From: an uncultured Bacteroidota bacterium
Lineage (GTDB): Bacteria; Bacteroidota; Ignavibacteria; UBA10030; UBA6906
NCBI GenBank assembly: GCA_963700635.1
Contig: CAVOYH010000003.1
Location: forward strand, 1,184,001 to 1,248,000
Reading direction: 5' to 3'
Length of the DNA stretch: 64,000 bases
How positions within the stretch are numbered: position 1 is the first letter of the stretch; every line of letters begins with the position of its first letter. The notes beneath the pieces were generated by a model. It searched no databases. It saw nothing but the letters and a program-made list of their open reading frames with translations, and was not told the origin of the DNA. Position numbers and translations under genes: made by a program. Shown here piece after piece: positions 57,497 through 64,000 of this stretch.

Positions 57497-59533
57497 ATGA
57501 AAAGAGAACGGACAGACATGCACCGGGGAGGATGGTTGTGGCGGTGGAGTGTTATGCTCTGTCTGGCGCTTCTCTGCCTTCTCCCCGGCACGGTGCAGGC
57601 ACAGGATGCGGAAGAGTGTCTCCTCTGCCACAGCGATCGGGATCTGCGCGGGACGCGGAAAGGGAGATCGATCAGCGTCTTTGTGGACGAGAAGAAGTTT
57701 GGTTCTTCCGTGCATGGGACCCTCGCGTGTGTTACCTGTCATGCCGATCTTTCGGGGAAAGAAATGCCGCATGCGGACGATGTGGCGCCGGCGGTCTGCG
57801 GTGACTGTCACGACAGGGTGCAAGCTCTCCACACGGGATCTCTTCACGGCAAGGCGGTGAAGAGCGGAGATCCCCTTGCGCCACGCTGTGCGGATTGTCA
57901 TGGGTCACACGGAATTCTTCCTGCAAAGGATCCACGGTCACCTGTTGCCCCGATGAAAATTCCCTTTCTTTGCGGGAAGTGCCACACGGAAGGGGCTCCG
58001 GTTCAACGGCAACGGGTAATCCACGCAGATCATATCGTCGAAAACTACTCTGAAAGTATTCACGGCGAAGGACTTCTCCGCAAAGGGCTTGTCGTCTCGG
58101 CAACGTGTGCCTCCTGCCACACCGCACACGCGATTCTTCCTCACACCGATCCCGCATCATCGATAGCGAGGCGCAATATCGCGGCCACCTGCACGCAATG
58201 TCATGCGGAAATTGAGATGGTGCACCGGAAGGTGATCAAGGGCGAGTTGTGGGAACGGGAAGCCCATGTCCTGCCTGCCTGCGTGGATTGCCACCAGCCA
58301 CACAAGGTGCGCAAGGTGTTTTACGATCAGGGTATGGCCGATAAGGACTGCATGCGCTGTCACGCCAAGCCCGATCTTGTTGCATCCAGAGACCGGCGGT
58401 CAATGTATGTCGCGCAGGATCATCTGGGAAATTCGAAGCACGCACGGACGTCATGCAGCCAGTGCCATACGGGTGTGAATGCAGCCAAGGTGCGGCCGTG
58501 CGAGACCATCACACAGAAAGTTGATTGTGCATCATGCCACGCCGAGGTAGCGCAGCAGTATGCGGGCAGCATTCACGGTAAGCTGGTGGCGCGTCAGGAT
58601 CCCAATGGCCCGACATGCAAAGAATGCCACGGAACACATGCGGTGCTTGGCAAACTCCAGCCCGAGTCGCCCAGCTTTCCCACAAATGTCCCGACACTGT
58701 GTGCCCGCTGTCATCGCGAAGGTGAGAAAGCCGCGGTTCGGTATACAGGGGATCAAACGAACATCGTGGAGCATTACGGCGAAAGTATTCATGGTAGGGG
58801 CCTGACACGAAGCGGGTTGACGGTGACCGCCATGTGCACCAACTGTCACACCGCACACGGCGTGCTCCCGCGGAAAGATCCCCAGTCCAGCATCAACCCG
58901 AAAAATGTCCCTGCAACATGCGGACGGTGTCACCACGGGATCGAAGACCAATTCCGTCACAGTGTGCATGCAAGTATCGACACCACCTCAGGGAAGAAGC
59001 TGCCGGTCTGTGATGATTGCCACAGCGCCCACACGATCCGCCGGGCTGACGAAGAGGGATTCAAGCTCACGATCATGAACCAGTGCGGCAGGTGCCATGA
59101 GGATATCGCCAAAACGTACTTTGATACGTACCATGGGAAGGTGTCACAGCTCGGGTACACCAAAACTGCAAAATGTTACGATTGCCATGGCGCGCATGAT
59201 ATCCTTCCGGTTACGGATACCCGCTCACATCTCAGCAGAGAAAATGTCGTCGCAACATGTCAGAAGTGCCATCCCGGCGCAAACCGGAGGTTCGCGGGAT
59301 ATCTCACCCATGCCACGCACCATGATCCCGACAAGTACCCGTTCCTGTTCTGGACTTTCTGGGGGATGACCGGGTTGTTAGTGGTGACATTTGTCGTCAG
59401 CGGCTTGCACACACTCCTCTGGTTGCCACGGGCGATCCAGATGCGAAGGGCGCGGACACGGCGGGAAAAAGCCGTCGAGGCGAAACCGAAGGCGGATGAA
59501 GTAGAAAAGGACAATGAACCACCAGCACAATAA
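57497..59533 (+). CDS. 19-heme cytochrome c with C-terminal membrane anchor (CbcL-like periplasmic module)
   Basis: Signal peptide ending VQAQ; 19 CxxCH counted; C-terminal HATH...YPFLFWTFWGMTGLL...LHTLLWLPR. Start 57497 or 57518. Confidence 0.9.
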   Translation: MKRERTDMHRGGWLWRWSVMLCLALLCLLPGTVQAQDAEECLLCHSDRDLRGTRKGRSISVFVDEKKFGSSVHGTLACVTCHADLSGKEMPHADDVAPAVCGDCHDRVQALHTGSLHGKAVKSGDPLAPRCADCHGSHGILPAKDPRSPVAPMKIPFLCGKCHTEGAPVQRQRVIHADHIVENYSESIHGEGLLRKGLVVSATCASCHTAHAILPHTDPASSIARRNIAATCTQCHAEIEMVHRKVIKGELWEREAHVLPACVDCHQPHKVRKVFYDQGMADKDCMRCHAKPDLVASRDRRSMYVAQDHLGNSKHARTSCSQCHTGVNAAKVRPCETITQKVDCASCHAEVAQQYAGSIHGKLVARQDPNGPTCKECHGTHAVLGKLQPESPSFPTNVPTLCARCHREGEKAAVRYTGDQTNIVEHYGESIHGRGLTRSGLTVTAMCTNCHTAHGVLPRKDPQSSINPKNVPATCGRCHHGIEDQFRHSVHASIDTTSGKKLPVCDDCHSAHTIRRADEEGFKLTIMNQCGRCHEDIAKTYFDTYHGKVSQLGYTKTAKCYDCHGAHDILPVTDTRSHLSRENVVATCQKCHPGANRRFAGYLTHATHHDPDKYPFLFWTFWGMTGLLVVTFVVSGLHTLLWLPRAIQMRRARTRREKAVEAKPKADEVEKDNEPPAQ

Positions 59534-60365
59534 ACCCGACGAGCGTCAGTACCTGCGGTTCACGCGGCTGAACCGCCTACTCCACGCCACCATGATCGTC
59601 TGCTTCATCAGCCTGGCGTTGACGGGCATGACGCTCAAATTCTCCTATACAGGCTGGGCCGCGTTTCTGTCGAGACTCTTCGGCGGGTACGAAACGGCGG
59701 GCTACGTTCACCGTCTCGCCGCAGTCGTGATGGTAGGAATCTTCATCGTGCATCTTGTGGACCTCGTCCGTCGCAAGCGGCGAGGACATACGAGCTGGAA
59801 AAGTATGCTCACCGGGCCGGACACCATGATGCCCACCAGGCGGGATCTTACCGACGCCCGGGACTCGCTACGGTGGTTCCTGGGCATGGGGCCGCGTCCG
59901 AATTACGGGAGATGGACATACTGGGAGAAATTTGACTATTTTGCAGTGTTCTGGGGGATGGTTGTCATCGGATCCACCGGGTTTACGCTCTGGTTCCCGG
60001 AGTTCTTCACATTGGTGTTTCCGGGTTGGATGATTAATGTGGCGGCAATCATTCACAGTGATGAAGCCCTGCTTGCGACAGGGTTTATCTTCACCGTACA
60101 TTTCTTCAATACCCATCTCCGTCCCGAAAAGTTTCCCATGGATATGGTGATTTTTACCGGACGAATGCCGGTTGAGGAGCTTGCGGAGGATAAGCCGGAG
60201 GAGTATGCAAAACAGGTTGCAGCTGGGACGCTGGAAAACAACCTCGTGGAACCGTATCAGCCTATCGTGATTCGTGCGATCCGGACATTTGCCTGGATAG
60301 CGCTGGGGATCGGATTCAGCATCGTGGTCTGGATCATTTATGCCATGGTATTCTCATATCGGTAA
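59514..60365 (+). CDS. Diheme cytochrome b subunit (CbcL TM-domain-like)
   Basis: RLLH, VHR, GRWTYWEKFDYFAVFWG, IHSDEALLA, VHFFNTHLRPEKFPMD. Overlaps the 19-heme gene. Confidence 0.88.
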   Translation: MNHQHNKPDERQYLRFTRLNRLLHATMIVCFISLALTGMTLKFSYTGWAAFLSRLFGGYETAGYVHRLAAVVMVGIFIVHLVDLVRRKRRGHTSWKSMLTGPDTMMPTRRDLTDARDSLRWFLGMGPRPNYGRWTYWEKFDYFAVFWGMVVIGSTGFTLWFPEFFTLVFPGWMINVAAIIHSDEALLATGFIFTVHFFNTHLRPEKFPMDMVIFTGRMPVEELAEDKPEEYAKQVAAGTLENNLVEPYQPIVIRAIRTFAWIALGIGFSIVVWIIYAMVFSYR

Positions 60366-60476
60366 CCGGATTGTTCTTGAGGGCTTAATGGCCGGCCCTC
60401 AGCCATGGCAAAAAGTGGCAAATTGTTTTTGTTTCCCGTACATTACAGTATCATTACACCTTAGAAGGAGGAGTTT

Positions 60477-61016
60477 ATGAGAATCGCTCTGACGGTCGTC
60501 ACAGTCGTCGTTGCTGTCGTGTTCCTTACCGGCACGGTCGCTGCTGAGAACAAGTTTGTGGGTACGAAGATGTGTGCGATGTGCCATAAGGCAAAGGACA
60601 AAGGCGAGGCCTCTGTCATCTGGCAGAAGAGCACTCACGCAAATGCCTTCAAGACGCTGGAAGGCGAACAGGCAAAGAAGATTGCGAAGGAGAAGGGTTT
60701 GTCGAAACCGCCGGCCGAATCTCCCGAATGCCTCAAATGCCATGTCACCGGTGGTGGAGTTGCAAAAAATGTCGACAAGTCATTCGATATGAAAGAAGGT
60801 GTGACGTGCGAAGCATGCCATGGCGCAGCGTCGGGATACAAGACCCTCCATGCAAAGGCAGAGAACAAGGCGAAGGCAGTCGCGGCAGGCCTTATCACGG
60901 GTGAAGCGTCCGCGAAGTTGTGTGTAACCTGCCACAACGAAGAGAGTCCGACATTCAAGGGATTCAAGTACGACGAGTACTGGTCCAAGATCGAGCACAA
61001 ACTTCCCAAGAAATAG
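60477..61016 (+). CDS. Periplasmic tetraheme cytochrome c (c554-like)
   Basis: Signal peptide; FVG..MCAMCH, WQKSTHA, CLKCHVTG, GVTCEACHG, CVTCH; Lys-rich; strong SD AAGGAGG. Confidence 0.88.
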   Translation: MRIALTVVTVVVAVVFLTGTVAAENKFVGTKMCAMCHKAKDKGEASVIWQKSTHANAFKTLEGEQAKKIAKEKGLSKPPAESPECLKCHVTGGGVAKNVDKSFDMKEGVTCEACHGAASGYKTLHAKAENKAKAVAAGLITGEASAKLCVTCHNEESPTFKGFKYDEYWSKIEHKLPKK

Positions 61017-61029
61017 GAACATTTGTACG

Positions 61030-61066
61030 ACGGCGGGGGATGAAGGAACTACCTCCGCCGTTTTTT
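61030..61066 (+). terminator. Intrinsic terminator between the tetraheme and ImcH-like genes
   Basis: ACGGCGGGG/CTCCGCCGT stem plus T6. Confidence 0.7.
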
Positions 61067-61088
61067 GTCACTCACTCCGACGTCGTGT

Positions 61089-62588
61089 ATGTCGAACCGA
61101 AAACTTCCTGACATCTTCTACAATCCGCTGAGCATCGGCGGCGCGGCGCTTGCCAGCGTTTCGCTGGTGACGATCGTTTTTCTCATTCTTGTTGAATGGT
61201 TGCAGCACGATTCTCCTCCCTACATCGGCATTATCTCGTACGTGATTCTTCCGCTCCCGCTGGTCATGGGACTCCTGCTGATTCCTGCCGGCGCGTGGCG
61301 CGAACGCTGGCGAATACGCAGAGGTCAGCCGGCCAGCCGGCTTGCATTTTCTGTGGACCTGGCGGTGCCGCGCCAGCAGGCTGCCCTGACGATCTTCAGC
61401 AGTGTATCCGTTATCATACTCCTACTTACGGCGTACGGGAGTTACCGGACGTTTGAATGGACAGAATCTGTGGAGTTCTGCGGTACCATCTGTCATGAAG
61501 CGATGGAACCCGAGCATACGGCCTACCAGCATTCGCCGCATGCACGCGTAAAATGTGTTGACTGTCATGTGGGCTCCGGGGCCGGGTGGTATGTCCGCTC
61601 GAAACTTTCCGGCGCCTATCAGGTGTACGCGGTGATCGCCAATGTATTCCCGAGACCGATTCCTACCCCGATCAAAGACCTCCGTCCGGCACAGGAAACC
61701 TGCGAGCAGTGCCATTGGCCCTCACACTTTTCTGCCGAGAAAAAATACGTCAATACGTACTTCAAGTCCGATGAGGCCAACACACGCTGGACGATTGCGT
61801 TGTTGATGAAGATCGGCGGCGGCAGTGAAGAACGCGGCCCGTCAGGCGGAATCCACTGGCACATGAACATTGACAACGAAGTGACCTATGCGGCGACAGA
61901 TTCTCAACGTCAGGTGATTCCGCTGATCAGCATCAGGAACCGACGTACCGGTGTTGTTTCTGAGTTCATCGCACAGGATGCCATTGATGACATCGAGACA
62001 CTGCGCACCCTCCCCAGGGCCACGATGGATTGTATTGATTGCCACAACAGACCTTCACACATCTACCGGCCCCCTGCCCGTATCATTGACCAAAGTCTTG
62101 CGCATGGCCGGATCAGCTCCGATCTTCCCCGGATACGGGAACAGGCGATGGAGCTGCTGAAGTTTGAGTACACGAGCACCCAGGCGGCCGTCGACAGCAT
62201 TGACATGCTCCTGAAAGAATTTTATGCCAGGGAGTACCCGGCAATCACAGAATCACAACCCGCATTGATTGCCGCCGCAAGCAAGGAGCTTCAGGCTCAA
62301 TTCCGTCTCAACTTCTTCCCGCGCATGAAGGTGCGGTGGAGCGCATATCCCGACAACATCGGACATATGACCGATCTTGGTTGTTTCCGATGCCATGATG
62401 GAAATCACCGCACTGCTGACGGACGTGTACTCTCAAAGGATTGCAACATCTGTCACACAATTTTGTATCAGGGAACGGCACCGAATCCACAGACACTGTC
62501 TGTTGCAGGTCTTCCCTTCGAACATCCCGAAGATATCGGCGACATCTGGAATGATATGAACTGCGTTGAGTGCCACTCCGGTCGGTGA
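61089..62588 (+). CDS. 7-heme NapC/NirT-related inner-membrane cytochrome (ImcH-like)
   Basis: Three N-terminal TM segments; CGTICH plus six CxxCH; CVDCHVGSGA.WYVRSKLSG, LRPAQETCEQCHWP, GIHWH, MDCIDCHNRPSH. Confidence 0.85.
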   Translation: MSNRKLPDIFYNPLSIGGAALASVSLVTIVFLILVEWLQHDSPPYIGIISYVILPLPLVMGLLLIPAGAWRERWRIRRGQPASRLAFSVDLAVPRQQAALTIFSSVSVIILLLTAYGSYRTFEWTESVEFCGTICHEAMEPEHTAYQHSPHARVKCVDCHVGSGAGWYVRSKLSGAYQVYAVIANVFPRPIPTPIKDLRPAQETCEQCHWPSHFSAEKKYVNTYFKSDEANTRWTIALLMKIGGGSEERGPSGGIHWHMNIDNEVTYAATDSQRQVIPLISIRNRRTGVVSEFIAQDAIDDIETLRTLPRATMDCIDCHNRPSHIYRPPARIIDQSLAHGRISSDLPRIREQAMELLKFEYTSTQAAVDSIDMLLKEFYAREYPAITESQPALIAAASKELQAQFRLNFFPRMKVRWSAYPDNIGHMTDLGCFRCHDGNHRTADGRVLSKDCNICHTILYQGTAPNPQTLSVAGLPFEHPEDIGDIWNDMNCVECHSGR

Positions 62589-62631
62589 GGGAACGCAGAT
62601 CATGTACAGGCGGCAAGGAAAGGAATATGGA

Positions 62632-63939
62632 ATGAACGGATCTCGTCTTCTCCCGCTCGCACTACTTCTGACGTGGAGTGCGGCGGCTCCAGCACAATAT
62701 GTCTCGGGCCGCCTCTCGACGGCATTCTACGCGTGGGAACAATTTGATACGGTTGGCACATCCCAGCAATACCTCCGTGCCTACCAGACGGCGCAGTTAA
62801 GCATCGCCCACGGTGATGTATCACTGACAACATTTCTCCAGGGAACCACAAACCTGGCCGGCACGTTCGGCGCTTCGGGACGCGTTCGCTTCTACAATCT
62901 CTACCTGAGTTGGACGAACATCGGTAAGGTTGTCGACCTTCACCTGGGACGGCAGGGAATCTTTGCCGGGGCGGGGGTAGGCACCATCGACGGACTCTCC
63001 GCAAAAGCGCGGCTGTTTCAGAACAGAGTGACCCTGACCGGATACGGGGGTGCAACGGTTGGTCCTGAGTTTACCGGAGTGCGCGAAAACATCGGGGATA
63101 ACTATTTTTACGGAGGCCAGGTGGTTACTTCCCTCCTTCCGGGTACGCGCATCGGGTTAAGCTACATGAATCGTCACGAAGAGCGGGACCCCTACTGGAC
63201 CCTTCGCGCCCGGGACACCTCGTATGCGCCCGTGCCCTACTATGTGGCCAACGATTCTCCGGCGGAAGAACTCGGGAGCGCAGATGCCCGGTATGAGTAC
63301 GGTGACCGTTTCTCCGTGTACGGGCGTTATGACTATGATTTCCTGAATGAGCGCACGTCACGGGCTCAGGGTGGTGCGCGGGTCCAGGTAACTCCAAAAC
63401 TTTCCGTCAACGCCGATTATATTCACCGGGTGCCCCGTGTGTTCTACAATTCCATATTCTCGGCGTTTGTCACCAATGCCGTCAACGAATTTGAGGGCGG
63501 TCTCGAGTATGGTTTCACGCCGCTGCTTCGGCTGTTCGGACGGATGGCATGGGTTTCGTATACCGACGAAAAAAGTCACCGCTGGACGCTCGGACTGAAC
63601 ACAGGATATGCCACGGTGGTGTATGCGGGGAGCGACGGATATGCCGGCGAGTTGAGTTCGTTCAGTGTGCAGGGATCCTATCCGCTCTTCGGCCGCACGG
63701 TCGTTCCGACAGCAGGAATCTCGTATGCCTCGTACCGGCTCAGCAGGGAAAGTACGCGAGACAATGCCTTGAGTCTCCTGCTGGGCGCGATGGTCCGGCC
63801 CACGTCCACCTTCTCCTGTGACGTTCAGGGGCAATGGTTGACGAACAAGCTGATGCAGCGTGATCTTCGCGTTCAAGTGCGGTTGAGTTACTGGTTTGCG
63901 CAACGGCTCTCATCCAGCAAAGAGGAGGGGACACCATGA
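62632..63939 (+). CDS. Probable outer-membrane beta-barrel (porin of a porin-cytochrome conduit)
   Basis: Signal peptide ending APAQ; no Cys/heme motifs; Tyr/Gly-rich alternating strands; LHLGRQ; ends ...VQVRLSYWF plus a short tail. Confidence 0.7.
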   Translation: MNGSRLLPLALLLTWSAAAPAQYVSGRLSTAFYAWEQFDTVGTSQQYLRAYQTAQLSIAHGDVSLTTFLQGTTNLAGTFGASGRVRFYNLYLSWTNIGKVVDLHLGRQGIFAGAGVGTIDGLSAKARLFQNRVTLTGYGGATVGPEFTGVRENIGDNYFYGGQVVTSLLPGTRIGLSYMNRHEERDPYWTLRARDTSYAPVPYYVANDSPAEELGSADARYEYGDRFSVYGRYDYDFLNERTSRAQGGARVQVTPKLSVNADYIHRVPRVFYNSIFSAFVTNAVNEFEGGLEYGFTPLLRLFGRMAWVSYTDEKSHRWTLGLNTGYATVVYAGSDGYAGELSSFSVQGSYPLFGRTVVPTAGISYASYRLSRESTRDNALSLLLGAMVRPTSTFSCDVQGQWLTNKLMQRDLRVQVRLSYWFAQRLSSSKEEGTP

Positions 63940-64000
63940 TCCGCCGCTATTTTTTCTTCCTCGCGGTCGTTGTCGTGGCGTTGTTGACCGCCGTCGCGTA
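63936..64000 (+). CDS. Start of an exported protein (truncated by window end)
   Basis: ATGA overlap with the barrel stop; SD GGAGG; MIRRYFFFLAVVVVALLTAVA signal-like sequence. Confidence 0.65.
   Translation, partial: MIRRYFFFLAVVVVALLTAVA

Noticed and set aside
55360-59533. Recurrent TGCCA(C/T)/TGTCA(C/T) words as a DNA repeat array or CRISPR
   Set aside because: They are Cys-His codons of heme motifs inside ORFs, with no constant repeat-spacer structure.
60406-60431. Two TGGCAA hexamers as a third sigma54 promoter
   Set aside because: Neither has TTG(C/A) at the required GG-N10 spacing.

Overview
This is a gene-dense, GC-rich chromosomal window. Gene content (PorZ-like T9SS protein, DUF3276, DUF3109, TonB-dependent thiamine receptor) points to the Bacteroidota-Chlorobi-Ignavibacteria group. 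E. coli-type TTGACA/TATAAT promoters and Shine-Dalgarno sites make an Ignavibacteria-like organism more likely than Bacteroidia (inference). I found no tRNA, rRNA, CRISPR array or mobile element. In order, the window holds: a DNA-repair/signalling block; a TPP-riboswitch-controlled thiamine salvage operon (TBDT, thiamine pyrophosphokinase, Na+:solute symporter); an orphan sigma54 activator; an adenosine deaminase-sixA-DUF355 operon; a lipoprotein RidA coupled to hutU; a frameshifted PP2C gene; hutI-ftcD-cyclodeaminase; the yceD-rpmF-plsX-fab-rnc cluster; porZ, ribH and crp; an Omp85-protease/BamB-like/PEGA operon; fni-polyprenyl synthase-ptsH-ptsI-pgi/pmi plus an unannotated 31-aa membrane peptide; and a nucleotidyltransferase-metK-ahcY operon. 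The right end carries a PAS kinase/sigma54 activator pair, two sigma54-type promoters sharing an upstream motif, and a large multiheme cytochrome cluster. That cluster has 43 heme-binding motifs in the window: a fused 13-heme CbcL-like protein, a split 19-heme CbcL-like protein with a separate cytochrome b, a 4-heme c554-like protein, a 7-heme ImcH-like protein, a beta-barrel, and a further exported protein cut off by the window edge. It looks like an extracellular electron transfer conduit. The best candidates for undescribed systems are this cluster with its regulon and the add-sixA-DUF355 phosphohistidine module. All family assignments come from motif recognition by eye; no searches were run.
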